Of a stretch of 64,000 nucleotides of DNA, positions 8,283 to 20,200 are shown piece after piece. Below the pieces are notes generated by a model, which saw nothing but the letters and a program-made list of their open reading frames with translations, made no database searches and was not told the origin of the DNA. Position numbers and translations under genes: made by a program. The stretch lies in the IMG/VR virus record IMGVR_UViG_3300033183_000058, positions 9,854 to 73,853 of that record; one strand, 5' to 3'. Positions within the stretch are counted from its first letter, which is position 1. Each line of letters starts with the position of its first letter. This DNA comes from a virus.

Positions 8283-11200
8283 CTATGAATTTTCACCCCT
8301 TAAGAACTTAGCAGGCACTGTGTTAGCATCCTGTAAACTCTTAGTAGTTCTTACAGTTGATCCATCATCTACTGTAGGTAGTTCATACAATGTTTTATTG
8401 TATGCGTAATCTAGTTTTGTTCCTAGTGATGTATCATAAACTACTGCGTCTACTGCATGAGCTGATGCACCTGTTCCTGCAACTCCTCTACGCAGTCCGC
8501 TGATAGTATTATTAGTTACATCACGTTCTCTGTATGTTATGCGTTCGCCGTCTATTGTAACAACACCAAAGATATTATTTGCTAAGTCTGGTGCTGAAAC
8601 TTTTGAAGCATCTTTAAGATAAATTGTGTCAGCATCAGCTGTTAGTGCCTGTGCTAATTCTGTTCTATAATCCTTGTTGGTTCTATAGATAACATTGTTG
8701 TCTCTCATATCTTTAAAGATTGCAAAGTCTAGTGTATCTGGAACTTGTTTTTCAGTTTGTAGAGTTACTACAACTACATCGTTATCACTAACTGTTGTTG
8801 ATAGGAACTCAAGAGTCTGACCGTCTGCATTAATTCTCCAATCACGGCCAAGGTATTTGCGTAGTCCGTTAACAGTTACACGTAGTCTATCTGGACGTGT
8901 AATTGTTCTATCTAAATCGTATTGACTTAGATCAGTTACTTGTCCTGTAGTTTCGTCAAACGTGGCACTGTCAAATCCTGATGCTTCTGAATCAAAGCCA
9001 ACTGTTAACACTGATCCAATCGCTGTTGGTCCATTGAAACATCTTGTTAATATGTCAAGCTCACTTGTATTGTTGTCTGTTGTTACTAGAATTCTTGCAC
9101 CAGTAATAGGAGCAGTGTTAAATGTAATACGATTCAATGAATCACTTACTGGAACACCTGAGTATGATATCTTATACTCTGCTGATGTTTCAACAAAGAT
9201 TTTAATATCTGCATCTGCATCTGGAACTTCGTTAAGTTCAACATATCTTATTGAACTAGCATCTGCAGGACTTAGTGTAAAGTCTTCATACAATTTAAGT
9301 TCTTTATAGTCAACAAACACATGGACATCGTTATCAGCAATTAATGTTTGGAATAGATCTTCTGTTGTTTTCCAGTTTGTTAAATTTAAATAGTATATTG
9401 CACTTGAGCCATCTGCTGTAAACTCTAATCCTTCTGCAGGTGTTAAACGTTTACCATCTACTTCAACAACTGCTGTGTATGCGTTGTGACCTTGAATATC
9501 ATTTTCTAATACAAACTCTGTGGTTGTATTATCACCATACATAATCTGTGATGTTGGGTGACTTGATGAGTGAGGTAATGATTCATCATGTGTTACATAG
9601 CCTGGAATACTTGAAGGATCTCTACCATCGTAACCAAATATAGCAACAGCCATATAGTCACCATCTTCTAGTGGTTCAGTGCTAAACTCTTTAACTTTAT
9701 CCCAATCCGATGTGCCATTGTTATCTAAATCTTGATCACCAAATGTAATTCTTGTAGTATAATCATCTACTTCACGGAAAGTATAATTTGTTACTCTTGA
9801 TCCGTTGACTTTAATCATTGCTTCGTAGATTTCATCAAATGCTACAGGAACATCAATGTAAGCGCCTTCACTTGAATCATCTATTAATATATCTCCTACA
9901 TCATAGTTGTCAACCCATAGTTGATTGCCACCGCCAATACCATATGATTCAATTCTTAAAACATCACCAACTGAAATGTTGTTGCCGTTAAATGTAATTG
10001 TTTTGTTTAACCAATCTACTGTATAGTCTACAGTATTTTCTGCAGGTGTTACATATTCAAATCTCAATGTAAGTCCTGTTGTAGCATTAAATGCTCTAAC
10101 AGCAAATGGATTTTCAACTAAGTTAGCAAAACTAAATGTTGATTCAACACCAGTATACTCAAACATTTCTGATTTAAATGGAGCACCGTGGCCATCTTCG
10201 TTGTAATCAAATCCAGGACGTGTAAACACTTTGATGTTTAATGTATCAAAGATAGAACTTGGAACTAGCTCTTCAGGTGAATGACTTGAATATGTGTCAA
10301 TGTAAGCACCTCCATCAACATTGATATCACTTACCTGAGTTCCTAGATATGTATCTGTATAGTCACCCGGAGCATACTTAGTATCCAACAGTGATGGACT
10401 GTATGTTGGTTCACCTTCGTCACCAAAGTCTAAGTTATCATATGGGTTAATATCATAATTGCCTATGTCAAAACCTGTGTTCTGGCTGTATAGAACACCT
10501 TTAACTTGAACGCCTGGATAATCAATACCTGCTATCAATAGGCCTAGATCAATACCTGGCTCATCTACTGCTGGTGTATAATAACCTCTGGTTCTATTAA
10601 CGCCTGTTAACTCATCTGCTGTTACTAATTCAAAGTCATCTGGATCAAATGTTGCACCAGAAACAACTAATGCAGAGTCATCTTCATTCTTAGCTCTGTA
10701 AACTTTGTTATTGTATCTTACTAGATCACCTGCATCATAAGTTTCATTTGCTTCCCAGTCAACAATTTCTGATTGATATTCATATCTATCGTATTTGATT
10801 GTTGTTTTATATGAACGCACTGCACCAGGGCTAGTAATAGCAACTGCTGTTGCACCTGAGCCCGAGCCGCCTGATATTGTAATTGTTGGTGGTTCTGTAT
10901 ATCCTTCGCCTGCGTTTACAACTTCAATTTCAACTACTTCGCCTGCTGTGTTAATTCTTGCTTTCAACACTGCTGTAGTTGTTGCTGTGCCTGTAACAGT
11001 AACTTCAGGTGCTGTTAAGTAACCTGAGCCACCTTCTGTAATTGACACAGAGTCAATACTCAACGAATAGTTGTTATACCATGATGTATAGTTACCTGTT
11101 GACCAAATGTTAGCAGTTGATGGGTAACTACCTACTTTGCCATCATCGCTTAGCCTTGGGCTAATAAATGTTGTTTCTACTTCATCATACTGTGCCGGTA

Positions 11201-14200
11201 AATCAAAGTCTGTAGCATCACCGTAGAACAATTCATCACCGTTATATTTTAGAGTAAACTCTTTGATCTGAACATGATAAGGTTTAACTTCTTCAATATA
11301 CTTCTCAACGAACTCTTGATTATCAACTTGGTAAATGTCGTATGGTATTAAGTCTCTTAGAGTATGCTGTATGTCAACCAATGAAGTTTTCATTAACCAG
11401 TTAACAGCAGTTTGTTCACTCTTGATATATTCAAATGTTAAGTTAATTAAGTCAATTCTATGATCTGCAAGATCGTCAATTAGTATTTCATCATTGATTG
11501 ATTTAATAATTTGTCTAGTTTCAACGACTGGTTCTGCATCAAAATATTGTGCGTCAAACACTTCAACATCAAAGCCGTTACGTCCTGTAGAATAATCATA
11601 AACACTAGTATTAATTGCAATAGTGCCGTCTTCTAAGCCAATACGACTCCAGCCTGTTGCAGTTCTTTCATACAATTCAAACTTACTATCTGCATTAGCT
11701 GTAACTTTAACTATATCACCTTCAACAACAAGATTTTCAACAGTTACTAGTCTAGAGTATGATGCTACTTCTTCCTTAGGTTTATCTAAACTTGAATAGC
11801 CCTCAGCATACCAATCAACATATGACCAATAGTTTGATGTTTTATAGTTTTGAACTCTGGTTAATAATAAAGAATCATCTGCTTGAACTTCGTAGATAGT
11901 CCATAAGTTGCCATTTGTTGAATCATTAACAACAAGATACTTGTAACCAGTTGCTACTAATTTTAGATTTTGATAAGTTAGTTCATCGTAAGTATTAAGT
12001 TTTTTATCCCATGCACCTGACCCACTAGCAGGTGTTGCTTCTTCACTTGCTAATATATCAAGTGTTCTCATTTCTGTAATAGGATGTTCTGCAAACACTT
12101 TATTTGCTCTTGTGATATAGTTTTTCAATGCAGTGAATCTATCTTCAAACATTGATTGTCTTGGACGGAATTCTACACCGTAAGAATCTGCTTCGCTTAA
12201 GAATGGATCCGGCACTTTATTGCCAATTGAGTCAACACCTGCATAACTGTCAACAAACTTTTTATATAACTGTGTGCTTAAAAACTCAGTTGGGTCATTT
12301 GTTTTAATTAATTCATATTCAACGTGAACATTGTTATCTGTTTTAACTTTATCAAATTCAACATGTAAGATTCTATCTTTAGCACTTAGATATTCTTGTG
12401 AATTGTATAGTGCCAGTGTTGAACTGTCTAATGGTGTAAAGTATGCAATACCACTTGACTTAGGATCTTCAGTATACTGTTTCATTGTTAACGAACTTAG
12501 AGTTTTACCTCGACCTACATTTGGATTATCTTTTACCCAGAAATAGTATTTGGTTTCTATTGTTCCACTAACAGCAACGCTTGTTTTAACTACAAAGTTT
12601 TCAGTAGATAATACCTGTCCTTGACCACTATACTGTGCAGGCGGTTGTGAACTTTCTGTCCACTCATAGAACTCTGCCACAGACCCTTCAAACAGTTGTC
12701 CTAATCGTTTTGCTCTGTATTCTGAATCACCTTGATAGTAGTTGATAAATCTAATATTTTCTGTGTTCCACCATATTTTACCAACTGATTCAGCACCCCA
12801 TGTTTGTCCTGAATTATTAACAGCACCTAGGTTGTATTGTGCAGGATCTGTTGGTCCTATGATATCAATATTTTGTCTAACTGCACCAAGTATTTTACCC
12901 TGCAGTGGATCAAAGTGATCTAAGTTTGCTTTAACTTCTTTATCAAGTCTGTCATAGATAAAGCCTGTGTTAATACGATCAATATCAACTACTGATTCTT
13001 CTTCTCTGATTACTTTCCATGCAAACTCTCTATTTGGATTATCCCAGATTGCTATTCTACCAACAGTTGATGATCCATCGCCAGCTGTGTGTCCTGGACT
13101 TGTAACAATAACTGAGCCTGACTTATAATCAACAGCATGACCAAACTCTGCTAGTTCACTGACTACAATGTCTGATATTTGTTGTCCAACCACAAATTTA
13201 CCTGGGTTACTAATAATATCAGGAGCACTGCTTAGATAATCAAATGTGTAAACTGACCCGCTTTGTGTAACAACTTCTTTAATTTCGGTAGCGTTACCGT
13301 CGAATTCAGTTGTTTCTGAATCAAATGTTGTTGGTAATTGGCTAACACCTCTTGGCGAACCAACTACTAGTGTAAGTGCATCTGAACTAACCGATAGGCT
13401 CTGACCAAATCTCGAATTATTAACCGGAACTGGTGATGTAATAGTCTGCACCGATTTAAATATTTCTAAACCTAGATCATCAAGTGCATCACTATTATCA
13501 CCTGCAGGATAGACATAAAGTTTGTTTGACACTGCTCCTGCATTGATATTTGTTAGACTAATTGTTAGTTTGTTGTTAGTTTTTGTTGCTGTTACATTTG
13601 GTATTACAGCATCATTAATATCTTCAACAACTTGATCTAATGTTGTTCCTGTAAACTCTACAACAACGTTGTTGATTCTAATTTTCTCACCCTGTGTAAC
13701 AGTTGGGTTTGCTACAGTGCCTGTGATAGTTCCGTAGAGCCTTGATTGATTAACTGCACGTTGCACTGATCCTTGTTCTGGCCCAACTAGGCTATCGTAT
13801 GGTGCTGACGCATACAGTGAGCAGTTAGTTGGACATATTGTTACATCATAACCAAACTCTGCATCTGCTGATGATTCTGTTTTTGTAACTGTGTCTAACA
13901 ACATAAAGTTGTTGGTTTCAATTTCAACAAAGTCGCCTAGATTAGGTGCTGTGTCGAGTGTAACTGTGCTACCTGACAATGTATATGTTCCACCGAGGTA
14001 ATGTGCTTTATTAGTTAAGTATTCACCATTGATCGAAACAGCAACTCTGCCCTGTGGTGATTTATCTGACACGTATGTTTTGTCAGTGTCATCTGTTACT
14101 ACAATTCTTTCTACATCTCTGTCATAGACATAAACTTTACCTTCTCCACCTGCTGTTCTAGCACCAACAATAACTTGTCTACCATCTGTAGTAGTTGCTA

Positions 14201-17200
14201 GACTATATCCAAAGTCTTCGCCCACTGACCCAACAATACTTGATACATATTCAAAGTAATCACTTGAACGAACCGTTATAGTTGCACCGTCTGCTGGTGC
14301 ATTTTCAAATGTAAATGTATCACTAGAATCATAACTAAAGTCAAAATCAATTTTAGGAATTTGAACTATACCGTCAACTGTTACAAATATTGAATTAAAA
14401 CCGTCTGCTGTATACAGGCCTGTAATATCAAATATTTCAGTTGATCCGTCACCAGTTAGTGTAACTGTTTCTCTTCTAGTTACTACAACAGTTTCGCCGT
14501 CGCCTGGAGCAGTGTCTAGTGTAAGAACACCTGTTGATGATACTGTGGACGTAAACGAATATTCATTTGTTTCTAATTCAACATTATTAACCACAACTAC
14601 TAGTTGATCAGCGTCATCTGCTAATACAAAACCTGTTAAATCATACTGTCTAGTTGAACCATCGCCTGTTGATCTAAACTGTTGCACCTGTCTATCAACT
14701 CTTTGATAAGCATACACAGAATTCTTACCTGGTGCTGACACATAAGCCCAACGACCGTCATCTGATATTGCTACAGCATGTCCATAGTTTGCTTCATCAT
14801 TAGCATCGCTTGGATTAACCATTAACTGGTGTTCAGAAATTTGATTTGAGTTTTCTTGTTTAAGAACCCAAACATATCCTTCACCGTTGTTCGATTCAGA
14901 CGCACCTGCTAGTCCCCAAGTTTCATCTGCAAACGCTACGTCATTGCCGTAGCCTTCTAAGTTACTTGCTGAACTACCTGTTAGTATCGAGTTTTGTGCA
15001 AATTTATTATTAGCCGTTTCAACAAATGTAAACACAGCACCATTGCCGCCATCATAATTATCAGCACCTACTAGAGCAGTTAAATTGTTTGCATTTTGTG
15101 CTACACTTGAGCCAAAATTAGTATTAACTAGATCTTCGTCTGTTACAGTATTTTCATAAACACCGTATGGTTCAAATGAATTTTGTTTTTCAAATGGGTT
15201 TACTTTTTCAATGACCTGCCACTTATCTGAACCGTTATCATTAATCCAAACTCTATTACCTGGATCTAGTTCATTGGCAAATGGCAAATCAGCAGTGTCA
15301 CTTGGTTGTGCCACTCTTACTGAATTTAACTTAAACACTACACCTTCAGATTCAACTACTGTGATATCTGCTGGTAATGATTGTAATATTGTTACTTTGT
15401 GCAGTGCTGGAACTGATTGCACTCTATAGGCAAAGTTTATTGCGGCATCAAAGAATCTTACAATAATGATATCATCTTTGGCTAACCCATGATTGCCCTG
15501 GAATGATAATGTAGTTGTTCCATCTAAATTGTCTGTTGCTGACAACAATGTTGGTTCAACTGTTCCTGCTCTGTATATGTTCCAATCATGGCTATTATCT
15601 TTAGCAACCCATATTGTTGTGCCTTCGCCTAGTGTTTCTAAGTATGGAGTAATTAATCCTAGATTACTTAAATCCCATGTCTGTATATCTACATCATCTG
15701 TGTTAACGTATCCTGCTGTTGATAAATTATTTTCGCTTGATACATATTCAACTGTTGGTAAAACATTTGCTGATGTAATTTTATAACTTTGTTTATAAAT
15801 GTCAGACAATATAACAGTTTGATCAACATCTGTTCTTGAATCGCTTACTGCTAGTCCTGTTGTTGCAGGGTTTGCACTCATTAAACTTTCATCTAAACGT
15901 AGTTCATAGAAACTTCTATTTGCTGATGCACCATATGTGCCTTGTTTAACTGCCCAATTTTCTGAAACTGAATAGTCTGCTAATTCCTTAGGTAGTCTTG
16001 CTGATTTAAATAGATCAACTGCTCTATTGGTTCCTTTATTACCAATAAAGTTTTCATATACACGAACCTGACTGATGTCAGTTAGACCCATGTTAGTCAT
16101 GTAGTCACGTTCACTAAAGCCCACTAAGTGGAAACCAAGTTGATCAGCATCTGTTTCTAAGTTTGCTATGTTATGATCATAGTAGTTGCGTAGTTGATCT
16201 GTTTTAAGATTTAAGTTAGGTAGTAGACCTTTCTTAATTTGATCATATTCTGTTTCTAACCATTTTGAATAATCAAATGTGTCGCTAGGTGGAACTGATT
16301 CTGCCGCGGCATAATATTGATTTTTATATAAAACTATGTCACCTTTAGCATAGCGTTTTATGCCTGCCCATTCAACAACATTGTCAAAGTTAAATATAAA
16401 GCCTTGTGCTTCAATGTTACCGTTCCAATCACCTGTGTTGTAACCTACAACTTTTAATCTATTCTGTCTTGAACCGGTGATTGGATCATATATTAAGTCA
16501 TTAAAAATACTTGAGTTATCAAACACTAGAACATGTTCATAACTTGTCATCTTCATCTTAGCATATGATATAGCATTTTCATTTACAGTTTTAACTTCAA
16601 ATTCATTTTCTTGTCGATTAAACACTAGATCACTGTTTGAAATTGCTCTAAGGTTTTGATTTAAAATAAAGTCATCTGCTGTCTGACCTGTAATTGGTGC
16701 AACAACTGTATTATCTTTTTGTAAATATAATCTATTTGCATTAGGGTTAATGTTAATCAATGAACCTGTGGTCCAGCCTTGTTGACTCCAGTAGAGGAAT
16801 TCACGAATCATTTGTGTCCAGTCAAGCAAGTAAGCATTGTCTACATCATCAAATACCATGCCTTTTGCTTCTAGGTATCGACCGTAACTTATTAAGAAGT
16901 CACACATTGTTGAGCGACTAGTAAACACATAACCATATGGTATTCTTGTAACTGCTGTTTCGTAATCACTTGAAACTCTAACAGACTCTGAACCTACTGA
17001 AATTGTTTTATAGTTGCCATTTGGAATACTTGTAAATATTTCAAAATATGGGTCTAGTTTTGAATTACCGTATACTGCCCAGCCATCGTCGGTTTTTTGT
17101 ATAATAACTGATGAATATTCTACTGTATCAAATACTTCGTTATTGTGTAAGAATATTTCATAACTTTCGTCAGGTAATAGCAAACTTGTATTGTTTGAAT

Positions 17201-20200
17201 TAGGTGATGTTTTTTCAGTAAAGATTTTTAAGTATTCTTTGTCTGAATAACTAGCCATTCTATAGGTCAGTTGCACATCCATGTTGTCTAGTGTTTCTTC
17301 GATCGCTGTGTTAGTATCTATACCTTGTTTACGAGCATAATCTACTGACCAATTAATGTAAGAATGTTTAGGAGTGTCTGCACCGTATATAACTAGGTCG
17401 CTGGTTGTAATTCTTGAACGACCGTTATATAAAATTTGATCTAATCCTGAATCACGTTTGTATAAATCTCTATCTGCATTTAGTGCAAAAAACTCTGCTG
17501 GTTTAGTTAATGCTAGTAAACGCATTACAGCAAATGGATATGCTGATGACTTACGCCACGCAGATTCTACTGGGCCTTGATCACCAACTACCCAAGACTT
17601 CTTAAGACTTAGACTGTCATAGTTACCAGTCATTGTATCAAATGCTGTTTTTAACTCGCCTTCATCTGTAATAGGTAATACTGATGATAGTCCTGTTCGT
17701 TTATATTTTTCGTCTACAGTGTATGAGTCTGTGCCATCCCAGATTCGGCCTGCTTCTAAATCGTCCCAAAGAACTTCGTTGCCTGATGTATAAGGTGCTG
17801 GGCCATATTTGGTATTCCACCAACTTGGTTTTTCTGTAAAGCCAATCATTTCCCACGGACGAACATGTGGACTATCAGTGTCATAAAAGTCATTGAATAT
17901 ACCTCTCCAATGTCCTAGTAGTAGTTCACCGTCTACTGTATCCTGTGCCGATGAATAGTTCCATGTCTTCTGATCATCAGCATCATAATCTTGATCTTTA
18001 TAGTCAAGTCTATTCCATGCCACCCATGATAAGAAACTTGTTCCTAATATGTCTGTGATCTCTGCCTGTGTGTAGTCTGTTGTTCTAAATTTACCTGGAG
18101 CAACATCTTGGTAGCATAATGGTATTGTATTTGTTAAATCAACTTTAATGTTGTTGTAGATACGTTTTTCAAATTCTAATAATAAATCATCTCTAGCATC
18201 ACCAAATGCTACAGTTCTTGACCCATCATGTCCAACAATTACATTTTTTGTTTCTGTATATGTGTCATCGCTGACTATTTCTGGATCGTAACGACCATAC
18301 AAACCTAGTTTAGTAGGTGTGCTAGGAATATATGAACCTGCTGTCGATTCATATTCTCTGATTACTAAAACATCACCAACTGCTAGTGTTTTTGATATAT
18401 CAACTCGAGCCACATTAGCAGGAACTGTATAGTCTGTATTGTATAATAACTGTTCGTCATTTAGGTAAACCAATAGACCTTTATAGTTTGCTTTGGTAAA
18501 GTCATAGGTCTGTGTAAGATCAAATATACTGTCATCAATTGCTGTTACTGTGTATGTTGTTTCGGTGTAGACATCGCCACATGGTATTGTGTCTGACCAA
18601 TAAAATGGCATTGAATTTTCTTTACCAGTATTAACAAATTGTATTGCTTGATCAAGTTGATCTCTTACAGTGCCTTGGAAATCATTGTTTGAAAATGCTT
18701 CGACTAGTTTCCATTTATATTTTTCATATTCTGTAGCGGCAAAATCTAAAGCCTTAAAGAAATTAATATTAGAATCACGCATAAATGTTGCGGCAAATTG
18801 TATTGGTGATCCCTGTTGAACAATTTTATTACCATAAGGAACAACATCACCTAGATCTCTAATATTATTTTTACCTAAAACTGAGCCTGATAATTCTGTA
18901 ATGTGCTGTGCTAGATCAATATAGTGATTTCTAATAGTGCCCAGTGTAATATCATTAAACGTTCCATTAACTGAATTATTTGCTAAATTATCAGGAACTT
19001 CATAAAAGCCTGCTGTTGATGCTAGGTCACTTTGTAATTTAACTACAACATTATCTCCTGCAGTAGGTGTATAGTCTGTGCCAAATGTTACAGTGGTCTG
19101 TGTTGAGGATGTTGTATATGAATATCTACTTGGCTCTTGATAAACATTGTTAACATAAACAATTACTGGATTTTCTACTGATGTTTTTGCAGGAACATCA
19201 CAAATCAGATCAACTCCGGCCCAGGTAAATGTTAGAACTTGATACTGTATTGATTTGTTATTATGTTTTTTCCAACCTATTTCCTGATCATAGGCAGTTC
19301 TTGTTGTATAGTTATGAACAAAGCCAAAATTAATTGATTTAGTAGTTGATGTTGAATCTACAGTGTAGGTAAATGTGTCTTTTTCTAAATTATTATCAAA
19401 TACAATATCGCCAACGTTGTCGATGTTTAAGTATTTTAATTTTTGATTTAGTATAGGATCAACCGCGCCACTTCCATCTGCATAACTGAATAATTTAGTG
19501 CCTGTGAAATTTGTTGATGGATAATATGTATTATCGCCTAGACTGCGTCCATTTGAATCAAATATATCAAATAACGGTGATTGGTTTACTGATGTTTTTT
19601 GCTGTGCTTCTACCCAACTAGTGCCGTTGTATCTATATGCTTTACCCTGAAGTGTAGCACCACTTGAAAGATAAACAACTTGGTCTGTTGTTATTGATGC
19701 ATCGCTGGCCTCAGTTAAATTAATAATTTTTGCAGTTGACGAAACACCGTCTTGGTCAATTAATTCAACTTGATATATTTTATTTCTTACTTCAGGATCT
19801 AGATCATTGGCAAAAATAATTCTAGAACCTGTTACCAGACCGTAGCCATCTGTTGAATATCCTGTCTTACCATTGACATTTGATAGTGCGTCTGTTTGAT
19901 TTAAATCAATAATATCAATTTCTTCTAGTGCTTCTGTGCCATAGTTATATAATCTTAATCCTGGTTTGAATTCTAACACAGGTCTTTTTGCTCTCAGATT
20001 CTGATCTAAGATTGCTGTGGTATTATTATATTCTGCTGTTTTTGTAATTACATCAACATGGAACCAACGATTTGATCTTGTCCAGGCATTTTTATCTAGA
20101 CTTGCACGATTAATTGTGTAGTAGTCTGCATCCTTTGGAGCATTTAATGATTCGTCCCAAGGACTTGCGTCATATGCTGTTGAATCAAATGGCAGTGTTT